Shown here: positions 17,302 to 25,865 of the stretch, in pieces
Layout: every line of letters starts with the position of its first letter
How positions within the stretch are numbered: position 1 is the stretch's first letter
IMG/VR virus record: IMGVR_UViG_3300038461_000026
Coordinates: 1-52,647 of that record
Reading direction: 5' to 3' (one strand)
Source: a virus
Taxonomy: Duplodnaviria > Caudoviricetes
DNA length: 52,647 nt
Notes under the pieces: generated by a model
What the model saw: only the letters and a program-made list of their open reading frames with translations
Databases searched by the model: none
What the model was told of the DNA's origin: nothing
Position numbers and translations under genes: made by a program

Positions 17302-17514
17302 ATGGGAGACAAAAAGATGAATCCTAATGTGGCCACAGTCTGCCTAATTGGCGCAGGAAACAAATGCTGCAGATACCTCATGGTTGGGGGATATGGCTTC
17401 GAATGTGCAAAAATCACAGCCTTAAAAACCACTCTTGATACAAGGGTAAAACAAGGTCGGATGATTGCACAGGGAGATAATTGCGAAGGCAAAGGAATGA
17501 GTGAACTAAATTAA
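17302..17514 (+). CDS. Small Cys-rich protein
   Basis: VCLIGAGNKCCRYL..FECAK..AQGDNCEG. Confidence 0.6.
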   Translation: MGDKKMNPNVATVCLIGAGNKCCRYLMVGGYGFECAKITALKTTLDTRVKQGRMIAQGDNCEGKGMSELN

Positions 17515-17527
17515 AAACTACAAAGAC

Positions 17528-18034
17528 ATGATTAACAAAGTGATTTTAATTGGACGTGCCGGGAAAGACCCGGACTTACACACGACCGAAAGAAAAAAAA
17601 CGGTCGTAAGATTTACGGTCGCTACTTGGGAGAATTATAAAGATGAAAAGGAACCCACAGGCTGGCGTCAAGTTACCGAATGGCATAACGTGGTGGTCTG
17701 GGGAGCTGCCGGGGAGTCTATTAAAAAGCACCTCAAAAAAGGCGAGCTGGTTTATGTTGAAGGAGGGGTAAGAACCCGGAGTTATACAGATAAAGAGGGC
17801 GTGACAAAGTACATTACTGAGATTGTGGGATTTGCAAGGGCACTCTTGGCAAAGAAAGACGCAGCCAGTTCCGGTACCGCAAAGGAATCTCCAAAGGGAG
17901 AACCCGGAAAGGCCTCAAAGCCGGAAGACACAGTGGATATCCATGAAGAAATTCCACCAGATGAATTAAGTGACTTACCATTCATTTTAACTATTCCGAT
18001 CGCACTTGGATTTTTGTTACAGTTTATGATATGA
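17528..18034 (+). CDS. ssb: Single-stranded DNA-binding protein with hydrophobic C-terminal extension
   Basis: MINKVILIGRAGKDPD..TEWHNVVVWG..LKKGELVYVEG..TRSYTDKEG..YITEI; DLPF followed by 16 extra residues. Confidence 0.92.
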   Translation: MINKVILIGRAGKDPDLHTTERKKTVVRFTVATWENYKDEKEPTGWRQVTEWHNVVVWGAAGESIKKHLKKGELVYVEGGVRTRSYTDKEGVTKYITEIVGFARALLAKKDAASSGTAKESPKGEPGKASKPEDTVDIHEEIPPDELSDLPFILTIPIALGFLLQFMI

Positions 18035-18564
18035 AAAAGTGTTTTATATGCGGAATTGAAAAGGAGATAAGTGAGTTTTATCTTCATCCACACATGAAGG
18101 ATGGGCATTTAGGAAAATGCAAAGACTGTACTAAAAACTATGCTGATAAAAGGGACAAAATATTAAGACAAGATCCGGGTTGGTGTGAAAAGGAACGTAT
18201 TAGATCAAAGGAGAAATACCATAGGCTTAATTATAAAGTACAGCAATTTGCGCTTAATAAATCTAAACCTTACAAGAATGCGGAATATAAAGGGCAGCAT
18301 AAGAAATTAGCGTTGCCGAAAGGTAAAAATATCCACCATTGGAATTATAATATTTTAGATGATTTTTCGGTTTTTGACACGGCTTTCCATAGATTTATTC
18401 ACAGATTTTTAAGACTGGATAGTGAAACACTTTGTTTCAAAACTAAAGATGGAGTGCTTTTAAAAACAAGGGAAATTCATGATAGATATTTACTTGAACT
18501 AAAAAAGGAATATGATGGAAGCAAATACACAAACTACACTATTCGAACTACAGGAGGGCGATAG
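18031..18564 (+). CDS. Zn-finger/HNH-like endonuclease
   Basis: KKCFICGIEKEISEFY..DGHLGKCKDC; IHHWNYN..FHRFIH. Confidence 0.7.
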   Translation: MKKCFICGIEKEISEFYLHPHMKDGHLGKCKDCTKNYADKRDKILRQDPGWCEKERIRSKEKYHRLNYKVQQFALNKSKPYKNAEYKGQHKKLALPKGKNIHHWNYNILDDFSVFDTAFHRFIHRFLRLDSETLCFKTKDGVLLKTREIHDRYLLELKKEYDGSKYTNYTIRTTGGR

Positions 18565-18733
18565 ATTCTACTTTGTCGGAGACCCAAGAAAGGCAGTTTT
18601 GGAAATCGGGAATGTTATAAAACATTACAGATCAGGCCGGGTACTTCATGTGATCTATAAAGATTTGAAAGAAGGACACAGGGATCGGCCAGTAGTTTTC
18701 CTGAGAAACATTAAAGAAGGGGTAAAAAAATAA
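18512..18733 (+). CDS. Small hypothetical protein
   Basis: LFELQEGDRFYF..VVFLRN. Confidence 0.55.
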   Translation: MMEANTQTTLFELQEGDRFYFVGDPRKAVLEIGNVIKHYRSGRVLHVIYKDLKEGHRDRPVVFLRNIKEGVKK

Positions 18734-18736
18734 GTT

Positions 18737-18744
18737 TACCTTTG
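18737..18744 (+). promoter_or_regulatory. -7 element (TACCTTTG) for ParB/radical SAM/packaging operon
   Basis: Perfect TAnnTTTG but no TTG at the spacing seen in other promoters; followed by ~110-nt structured leader. Confidence 0.5.
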
Positions 18745-18800
18745 GATGTAAATTTCCCGGAGGAAGCTAATGCGAAACTTATCCGGGGACTTACTTCCGG

Positions 18801-18846
18801 GGGAATAGTAAGATACCAGAACGTTAAGAAAACAGCGCAATCGCAA
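18801..18846 (+). repeat. Conserved 46-bp intergenic element, copy 2
   Basis: 19-bp exact match plus identically spaced AAGAAAA/GCG/GCAA relative to 4487-4532. Confidence 0.8.
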
Positions 18847-18864
18847 AAACTAATAAAAACAATT

Positions 18865-19563
18865 ATGGCAAAAGAATTCTCGAAAAATCCAAGGAAGATC
18901 ACAAAAGAGCTTCTGGAGCAACTAAAAGTAAATATCGAAGAACTTGGCGATCTATCAGGTATTACGCACGATCTTAATTCAGATCAGATTATTGCCGGGA
19001 ACCAACGAAGCAAGGCAATAAACTTCAATGATTGTGAAGTAACCTTGATGGAAAAACCTCACGAACCAGACGCACAGGGAACCGTGGCCTTGGGGTATGT
19101 TCTCTGGAATGGGCAGAAACTCCATTACAGGCAAGTTAAATGGACTGTTGAACAATGCGAAAAAGCCAATATAACGGCCAATTCTATTTCCGGTATCTGG
19201 GATGAGGCGATGTTAAAGTCGCCAGAGTGGGCAAGCGTGGCAGGAATTAATGACTGGAATCTTCCTTTTGTTCTTGATACTCCGGTTCTTTTGGGTAATG
19301 ACATTACAGGGATGGCCAAAACATCTAATAAATACCATGACGTTAAGCCGTTGATATTTATTTCCTTTAATTTGGTTCAGCGGCAGATCGACGTCCCGGA
19401 AGTGGAAGCCAAGAAGTTCCTTAATGGACTAATTGAATTAACCCGGTTGGATAAACTTAAAGAGTTTTACGACGGGGTTTATGAGCTTGCTTTTAATAAA
19501 ATGCAAGAAATGAATGCAATTCTGGAAGAACAACCAAAGTCAAAGAAAACTAAAAAATCATAA
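18865..19563 (+). CDS. ParB/Srx-like N-terminal domain protein
   Basis: KNPRKIT..LKVNIEELGDLSGI..IIAGNQR..ANITAN..GIWD; ATG 18865 preferred to TTG 18742. Confidence 0.75.
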   Translation: MAKEFSKNPRKITKELLEQLKVNIEELGDLSGITHDLNSDQIIAGNQRSKAINFNDCEVTLMEKPHEPDAQGTVALGYVLWNGQKLHYRQVKWTVEQCEKANITANSISGIWDEAMLKSPEWASVAGINDWNLPFVLDTPVLLGNDITGMAKTSNKYHDVKPLIFISFNLVQRQIDVPEVEAKKFLNGLIELTRLDKLKEFYDGVYELAFNKMQEMNAILEEQPKSKKTKKS

Positions 19564-19564
19564 T

Positions 19565-19756
19565 ATGGATTCAAGGATTAAAAAAGTAAAGTTCCGGGGT
19601 GGCAGGGTAGATGCCATAATGGATAATGGGAACCAAGTAAAATTATTCGATTATACTCCTAAACTTCCGCCTTTCAAGGAAGGAGATCTCAGAGGGAAAA
19701 CGCTGGCCGAGGCTTTTGAGTTTAAGAAAAACCTTGAAAGAATACCAATTATATGA
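19565..19756 (+). CDS. Small conserved hypothetical protein
   Basis: MDSRIKKVKF..VKLFDY.P..F.EGDLRGKTLAEA; bridges ParB-like and radical SAM genes. Confidence 0.6.
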   Translation: MDSRIKKVKFRGGRVDAIMDNGNQVKLFDYTPKLPPFKEGDLRGKTLAEAFEFKKNLERIPII

Positions 19757-21069
19757 AATATTGCCTTTATCCTATGTACCCGAAGGATCGGGCGCAGGAA
19801 AGTATCGGTGTAGGGTATTATACCCTTCAGATGTTGGAATTCTTGATCCGGGCAAATAAACACGAACTGATTGAAGTATCAGCGATCGACAAAAAGACAA
19901 TAATTCTAGTTTCGATCTGCACGCTGGATTCAATACCTGTTCTGAGAACTATCCGCAAAAAGCACCCGGAGAATATTATCATTACCGGAGGCCAGTTTGC
20001 TTTCAATTTCCCGGTATGTTTAATCTATTCGGATTACTGCAATGTTGGGGAAGGGTTTGAGTTTCTCCGGTGCAAAAGCCTTGATGAAGCCAAAAAGTTG
20101 AAGTGTTTCACATGGAAGGGCAAGGGTGAAATAGTCGAGCCGTCATCTTTAATTGATTGGCCAATGGTTCCGGCCTGTCAGACAAAACAGGGAATTTACT
20201 ATTACTGGAAAGGAGTTGGCTGCCGGAATAAATGCGGATTCTGTTTCACTTCTTGGACGAAGAACAGACAGGAAAACGACCAGAGAAGGGTTCAGGGAGT
20301 GGCAAACATGGTAAAATCCAAAGGTTCCGGATTAATCTTAATTTCCAATGAGTATGACGATGACACGGAAGTTAAGGTGAAAGATATGATGCTGAAACAA
20401 TTCCTTAAAATCCCATTGAAGGAAGGGAATCCAAAACTAATCCGGCTGGGAATTGAGTTCCCTACAGAAGAAGCGAGGAAAAAGTACGGCAAGCCGTTCA
20501 CTAATGACGAGTTCTATCAAGCTCTGGATAAGGCAGCCGACGAAATGAAAGACCTGAATCTGTTTTTTATTACCGGATTAACACCTTTGGAGGATATTAA
20601 CAACTTATTAACAGGATATAAACGTTATGGAACAAAACCAAAAATATTCGTTAAGCTCACGAACATTACCTACCAGCAGTACACGCCCATTCATGCCGAA
20701 CGGCTCAATATTCACATTGAACATTACGCATATCCGGATTATAAACACGAACTCAAAAACCTGCTCGACCGTCATGCGGGATGGCGCTTCAATATCCTCT
20801 CCTGTGCACGTCCACATAAAGCCTTGTATGAGACATTCATGAATCACATTACAAACGAGGATGAATATGAAATGGCCAGAAAGGTTCTTTCGGCACATAC
20901 GGCGGATGATGCGCTTTCACTTTTGCTTTCTAGTGGAGTGTTGAAAAACGACTTCTCGGGACTTATTCGCTTCTGGTATCAAAAACACGGCACTCTTGAA
21001 GAATCGTATTTTAAGGCGAATACTGAATCGAAAGCTTTCATGGAGAAATACTCAGGAAAGAGCTTTTAG
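19753..21069 (+). CDS. Radical SAM enzyme with cobalamin-binding-like N-terminal domain
   Basis: GCRNKCGFC (CxxxCxxC); IIITGGQFA..SDYCNVGEG; IRLGIEFPTEEARKKYGKP; LFFITGL. Confidence 0.85.
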   Translation: MKYCLYPMYPKDRAQESIGVGYYTLQMLEFLIRANKHELIEVSAIDKKTIILVSICTLDSIPVLRTIRKKHPENIIITGGQFAFNFPVCLIYSDYCNVGEGFEFLRCKSLDEAKKLKCFTWKGKGEIVEPSSLIDWPMVPACQTKQGIYYYWKGVGCRNKCGFCFTSWTKNRQENDQRRVQGVANMVKSKGSGLILISNEYDDDTEVKVKDMMLKQFLKIPLKEGNPKLIRLGIEFPTEEARKKYGKPFTNDEFYQALDKAADEMKDLNLFFITGLTPLEDINNLLTGYKRYGTKPKIFVKLTNITYQQYTPIHAERLNIHIEHYAYPDYKHELKNLLDRHAGWRFNILSCARPHKALYETFMNHITNEDEYEMARKVLSAHTADDALSLLLSSGVLKNDFSGLIRFWYQKHGTLEESYFKANTESKAFMEKYSGKSF

Positions 21070-21077
21070 CATTTAAG

Positions 21078-21473
21078 ATGTGGTATCTTTACAATAAAAT
21101 GAAAGAAATAGAATTAAGTATAGTATTTAAAGCGTTGGTTGATGACGAAGATTATGACATGGAGCCTGTAGTTACACAGAAAAACGATCTGGCTGTATTT
21201 TTGGCCGATCGGAAATTCACTTTTGATCCCTTGTTGGACTTTGTCGTATCTTTTGAACTCAACCAAGGGAGAAACGGAGAGGGTTCAGGATTTATTGAAT
21301 GGTACATTCCTGAAAATGTTAAAATGAACTACAATGTTGATTTTATGAAAATCTTCTTTCATACCATAGAAGTCCGGGCAGACTGGGAAGAGGACTTCAT
21401 TGCGGGTCCTCGGCTGTTTGGCCAGTACATTAAAGGATACTTTAGAATACCAGAAAAAATCATGAATCCATAA
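21078..21473 (+). CDS. Hypothetical protein
   Basis: ORF track; co-oriented. Confidence 0.55.
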   Translation: MWYLYNKMKEIELSIVFKALVDDEDYDMEPVVTQKNDLAVFLADRKFTFDPLLDFVVSFELNQGRNGEGSGFIEWYIPENVKMNYNVDFMKIFFHTIEVRADWEEDFIAGPRLFGQYIKGYFRIPEKIMNP

Positions 21474-21474
21474 A

Positions 21475-21720
21475 ATGAAAGGCAGTAAGTTCAAGGCAGG
21501 AATGTCGCTTCGTGCAATTGTCCCGTTTTCGAGTGAAATAATGAAAGTTCATATCGAATATGTTTTGCCTTCGATTTACATTGACAGGAAACTTATAGTT
21601 TACAGAGTATTCGGAAAGCACAAAAGATGGTGGCATGAATTTCTATGCACGGAAGAAGAAATGCAATGGTATATTGATAAAATAACCGTCATAAAACAAA
21701 GGTCAAAACCTAACGTATAA
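21475..21720 (+). CDS. Hypothetical protein
   Basis: LIVYRVFGKHKRWWHEF motif; tight packing. Confidence 0.6.
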   Translation: MKGSKFKAGMSLRAIVPFSSEIMKVHIEYVLPSIYIDRKLIVYRVFGKHKRWWHEFLCTEEEMQWYIDKITVIKQRSKPNV

Positions 21721-21755
21721 CGCCTTGGATGGGCATTGTAAAATCCATACACAAA

Positions 21756-21818
21756 ATGAAAAAGTCAAGTGGTAAAGTTAAAGGTGGCAAACGTGGCGGA
21801 GGAGGCCATAGCAAATGA
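21756..21818 (+). CDS. 20-aa Gly/Lys-rich peptide (not in ORF track)
   Basis: MKKSSGKVKGGKRGGGGHSK; A-rich leader; ATGA overlap with next gene. Confidence 0.45.
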   Translation: MKKSSGKVKGGKRGGGGHSK

Positions 21819-22054
21819 GTTGGTCAGTTAATAAAACAGGAACACCGGACGAGGTTGTTGCATACTTAAAAGAGCAGAGCAATATTCTCTACGGACAAAG
21901 CAAGGAAGAATATGATGCAGCCCTTCCTCACTTAATTGCGATAGTAGAGCAAAATCTCGGAGGCTCTATTTCTCTTAATGCCTATGGACATGGTTCAAAA
22001 GACGCAGCGGGAAATTTCACAGACAGAAATTGTCAGGTGCATATTACCCGATAA
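21815..22054 (+). CDS. Small hypothetical protein
   Basis: MSWSVNKTGTP..LNAYGHGS. Confidence 0.6.
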   Translation: MSWSVNKTGTPDEVVAYLKEQSNILYGQSKEEYDAALPHLIAIVEQNLGGSISLNAYGHGSKDAAGNFTDRNCQVHITR

Positions 22055-22058
22055 CACC

Positions 22059-22102
22059 AAAGCTTTAAGCTGGTCAAAACGAATGGCCAGCTTTGCTTTT
22101 TG
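22059..22102 (+). terminator. Intrinsic terminator-like hairpin before terS
   Basis: AAGCTGGTCA-N7-TGGCCAGCTT followed by TGCTTTTT. Confidence 0.6.
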
Positions 22103-22134
22103 AATGAACTTGATTGAAACAAAACTAAACGAAA

Positions 22135-22545
22135 ATGGACACCTTAAAAAAGGAAAGTCTGGCAGTTGAAGACGAGAAGCAAGCGGAACAACAGCGGACG
22201 GTAATTGCAAAAGGTCAAATGTTAGCAGCTCTGGAACAAGGATTGGGAATAGTATCGGTGGCCTGTAAGCTCGTTGGAGTTTCCAGATCGGTGCATTATA
22301 ATTGGATGAAAGATGATGATAATTACCGTATGTCCGTTGAATCACTATCGGAAGTTGCTTTGGATTTTGCAGAATCAAAACTTATGAAGCTAATCGAGAA
22401 CGGAGATAATTCTTCCACTATCTTCTTCCTGAAAACCAAAGGCAAAAAGCGAGGGTATATTGAACGGTCGGAATTTGCCGTTGTCGATCCTTTCTTGGAA
22501 CTAATGCAAAACTACAACCCGGACGGTAAACCCGACTCCAAATGA
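22135..22545 (+). CDS. terS: Terminase small subunit
   Basis: ALEQGLGIVSVACKLVGVSRSVHYNWMKDD..DFAESKL..IFFLKTKGKKRGYIER; precedes TerL. Confidence 0.85.
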   Translation: MDTLKKESLAVEDEKQAEQQRTVIAKGQMLAALEQGLGIVSVACKLVGVSRSVHYNWMKDDDNYRMSVESLSEVALDFAESKLMKLIENGDNSSTIFFLKTKGKKRGYIERSEFAVVDPFLELMQNYNPDGKPDSK

Positions 22546-24056
22546 CACTTGAAGAATTTAAGAAGGACTGTTATAGTCGCTGGAGAGGGGACTGGAACTC
22601 TTTTGCATTTGAAGCCTTAAAAGCAAGGCTCGATCCACACCAGCAGGAAATACTCTATGCGTGCCAAACAGAAAAGATGATTGCGGTTGCTTCCGGGACT
22701 GCTCGAGGGAAGGACTATGTTGCAGCCACTGCGGCACTTTGCTTTATGTATTTAACTCCTGTATTTCGAGGTAAGGAACTTATTGCTAATACAAAAGTGG
22801 CAATGACAGCACCGACAGGAAGACAAGTCGGAAATATAATGTACCCGGAGTTAACTCGGCAATTCAAAGCTGCAAAATTCCTGACTGGCCGATTAGTTTC
22901 CTTCGACATAAGGACAAAATACCCGGAATGGTTCTTAACAGGATTCAAGGCGGAAGATAATCAAACGGAAGTATGGTCAGGCTTTCATGCCGTCAATACA
23001 ATGTTTATCGTAACTGAAGCTTCCGGCCTTTCAGAAACTACGTTCGCAGCTATCGAAGGAAACCTACAGAGTAATTCAAAACTCCTTATCGTATTCAACC
23101 CTAACAGCCTTATCGGGTATGCTGCAAGGGCAATGGCTTCTCCCAGGTTTCATTCTTTCAGGCTTGATGACCTTAACGCTCCCAATGTGCTTCAGAAGAA
23201 AACTATTTATCCGGGGCAAGTAGACTATGAATGGGTGAAAGATAAGGTTGCGACTTGGTGTAATCCTATTCAGGAAGATGACTTTAACGAAGGGCTTGGA
23301 GATTTTGAATGGGAAGGTGGATTGTACAGGCCAAATGACTTATTCAGAGTTAAGGTTCGTGGAATGTTCCCGGAAACATCAGAGGATGTACTTATACCTT
23401 ACAGATGGGTCGAGCTTGCAATGGAACGCTGGCAGAAGCGCAAAGATGAAGGGTTGGTACTAACGGGTCATAGGCGAATAGGTGTTGATATCGCAGGGAT
23501 GGGAAGGGATGCGTCGGTACTTTGTCACAGGTTTGAAGACTTTGTTGTTAATTTCGATCGCCACCAATCGGGAGGTGAGGCAGATCATATGAAAGTTGCC
23601 GGGATGGTATTGAACGCACTTGACAAAAAGGCGCTGGCTTTCATTGATACTATCGGGGAAGGTGCCGGGGTATTCTCACGGCTAATGGAACTTGGCAAAA
23701 AGCGGCAAGTCTTTTCCTGTAAGTTCAGCGAGGGAGCAGAAGGACTTTCTGACTATACACAGCAGTATTCCTTTGCAAATATGAAAGCTTATCTATATTG
23801 GGCAGTCCGGGATTGGCTGAACCCGGCTTTTGATTCAACGGCTTGTCTTCCACCTGAAAAATCGCTTATTGAAGAAATTCTGGAAATTCGATATATGATT
23901 CAGAGTAATGGAAAGATTATAATTGAGCCAAAGGAAAAGATGAAAGAAAGGCTTGGTAGATCGCCAGACTTATTTGATGCGTTGGCCAATACATTCTATC
24001 CGGGAGATACACAAAAGGGAGTTAGTATTACAGACTTGGCAGGGATGCTTCGCTAA
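22542..24056 (+). CDS. terL: Terminase large subunit
   Basis: ASGTARGKD Walker A, TAPTGRQV, IVTEASG, IGVDIAGMGRD nuclease motif, LGRSPDLFDALA. Confidence 0.93.
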   Translation: MTLEEFKKDCYSRWRGDWNSFAFEALKARLDPHQQEILYACQTEKMIAVASGTARGKDYVAATAALCFMYLTPVFRGKELIANTKVAMTAPTGRQVGNIMYPELTRQFKAAKFLTGRLVSFDIRTKYPEWFLTGFKAEDNQTEVWSGFHAVNTMFIVTEASGLSETTFAAIEGNLQSNSKLLIVFNPNSLIGYAARAMASPRFHSFRLDDLNAPNVLQKKTIYPGQVDYEWVKDKVATWCNPIQEDDFNEGLGDFEWEGGLYRPNDLFRVKVRGMFPETSEDVLIPYRWVELAMERWQKRKDEGLVLTGHRRIGVDIAGMGRDASVLCHRFEDFVVNFDRHQSGGEADHMKVAGMVLNALDKKALAFIDTIGEGAGVFSRLMELGKKRQVFSCKFSEGAEGLSDYTQQYSFANMKAYLYWAVRDWLNPAFDSTACLPPEKSLIEEILEIRYMIQSNGKIIIEPKEKMKERLGRSPDLFDALANTFYPGDTQKGVSITDLAGMLR

Positions 24057-24060
24057 TTAT

Positions 24061-24091
24061 TTGTTTTCTAATTTTGATTAGTCTAAATTTG
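24061..24091 (+). promoter_or_regulatory. Bacteroidetes-type promoter for portal operon
   Basis: TTG(24061) ... TAAATTTG(24084-24091). Confidence 0.55.
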
Positions 24092-24115
24092 TTCAACCAA
24101 AAACCTTAATAACCA

Positions 24116-24271
24116 ATGGCAAAATTCAGAAGGGTTGCAAAAGTAGGAACTTCCGGCGGCAAGGCAGTTGTGAAAAACAGCAGAGGCAAAATAGTCAGCC
24201 GGCACTCATCAAAAGCCGCAGCTATCAAGGCTGCAAAATCCCGTCAACGGCAGCACGCAAAAAAATCTTAA
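24116..24271 (+). CDS. 51-aa highly basic micro-protein (not in ORF track)
   Basis: MAKFRRVAKVGTSGGKAVVKNSRGKIVSRHSSKAAAIKAAKSRQRQHAKKS; no acidic residues; ends 1 nt before portal ATG. Confidence 0.65.
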   Translation: MAKFRRVAKVGTSGGKAVVKNSRGKIVSRHSSKAAAIKAAKSRQRQHAKKS

Positions 24272-24272
24272 T

Positions 24273-25865
24273 ATGGCAAACTTAACCTATGATGATATTA
24301 TTAAGTCGGATGACTTGAATAAGATAAAAGAGACATTTTCAAATCAGAAGGTGGCCTTTAACCAAACAGTGAGTATTATCGGCACGGAAGCAGTAACAAA
24401 AAGAGACAAAACCGGAGAGCAGTATCAGGTTGAAACTATTGCTCAATATAAGGTTGAACAGCATAACGTATTTGATCCGCAGATGCGGAAAATGAAAATC
24501 GTAAATGCACCTACAACAGAAACAGATAAAAACGGAGAGCCTGTTTACAAACTCACATTGGTTGATGTTGCGAGGGTTGGGATTCCCTTTCAGGAACTAA
24601 TTGTTAATCGCAGGGTTGGCTTTATGTTAAGCGATCCCGTCACAACTGATATCCTTTTCTCGAAAGACACAGAAGAAGAAAAGGCATTGCTGGAAATGGT
24701 TGATCGTATTCAAAATGACAATAAGTGTGACTATAAAAACAAAGAGCTTGCCAGAAGGATGATGTCTGAAATGGAGTGTGCTGAAATATGGTATTTCGTG
24801 CCCAATACAGACCCGGATATAAAAGGCCAATATACTTTGCGTATGAAGGTATTATCACCTGATCTGGGCGATCGCCTTTGGCCGCTTTTTGACGAAGTAG
24901 GTGATTTGATTGCCTTTGCAAGAGAATACAAACTCAGGAATATTGACGGGGTTGATATTAACCACTATGACATTTACACAAAAGACCTTGAATATAAGTG
25001 GATTCAGCGAGATACCAAATGGATTCTTGATGACCAGTTAAACCCAAATATTAATCCAATTCCTAATCCTGTTGGGAAAATAATGATAATTTACTACACC
25101 CAGCCACAGCCTGAATGGGCAAAGGTTCAAAGTATGATTGAGCGGTTTGAAATGGTTATATCAAATCATGCTGACACAAATGATTATTTTGGTAATCCAA
25201 TATTAACAGTATCCGGGAAGGTTCAGGGGTTTGCAGCTAAAGGTGAGCAAGGTAAGATTCTGGAACTTGAAAACGGAGCACAGGCAAATTATCTGGCATT
25301 GTCGTCAGAACCAGCGTCCGTAAAGATGGAGCAGGAAAACCTTGAAAGGTTTATTTACACAATGAGTCAGACACCGAATATTACTTTCAGCGAAATGAAA
25401 GGGATGGGTGCAATTTCCGGGATTGCCTTGAAGCTATTATTTCTTGACGCACATATGGCAGTAAAGAGTAAGGAGGAAATCTTCGGAACCGGCTTACAGC
25501 GAAGGTTGAATTTACTGAAGGCCGCAATAGGTAAGATAGTTGATACAAGCCTCAAAGCGGCATCGTTGCAAGTGCAGCTAAAGCCAGTAATAACTCCCTA
25601 CTTACCTATGAATGAAACGGAGGTTATCAGTAACCTTTCTATTGCGCTTACATCCGGGATAATAAGTCAGGAATCAGCGGTCGAGCAAAACCCATACGTG
25701 GCAGATTCGGAAAGCGAAATGGAACGGATAACCGGAGAGGCCGACAAACAAGCTCAACAGGAAAGTAAATTAGCTTCCTTAATGCAAAAGAATAGCATTG
25801 ATAATGCAAACCAAACCCAAAATAATAATGGTCAAAATTCTAATCTTAACACCCAGCAGAACTGA
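24273..25865 (+). CDS. Portal protein (SPP1 gp6-like)
   Basis: ISNHADTNDYFGNPIL, MSQTPNI, ISGIALKLLF, GLQRRLNLL, ISQESAVEQNPYV; after TerL. Confidence 0.92.
   Translation: MANLTYDDIIKSDDLNKIKETFSNQKVAFNQTVSIIGTEAVTKRDKTGEQYQVETIAQYKVEQHNVFDPQMRKMKIVNAPTTETDKNGEPVYKLTLVDVARVGIPFQELIVNRRVGFMLSDPVTTDILFSKDTEEEKALLEMVDRIQNDNKCDYKNKELARRMMSEMECAEIWYFVPNTDPDIKGQYTLRMKVLSPDLGDRLWPLFDEVGDLIAFAREYKLRNIDGVDINHYDIYTKDLEYKWIQRDTKWILDDQLNPNINPIPNPVGKIMIIYYTQPQPEWAKVQSMIERFEMVISNHADTNDYFGNPILTVSGKVQGFAAKGEQGKILELENGAQANYLALSSEPASVKMEQENLERFIYTMSQTPNITFSEMKGMGAISGIALKLLFLDAHMAVKSKEEIFGTGLQRRLNLLKAAIGKIVDTSLKAASLQVQLKPVITPYLPMNETEVISNLSIALTSGIISQESAVEQNPYVADSESEMERITGEADKQAQQESKLASLMQKNSIDNANQTQNNNGQNSNLNTQQN

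Noticed and set aside
18865-19563. Plasmid-prophage partition system
   Set aside because: Only the ParB/Srx-like N-domain is evident; no ParA/Walker ATPase nearby and no HTH parS-binding region recognisable
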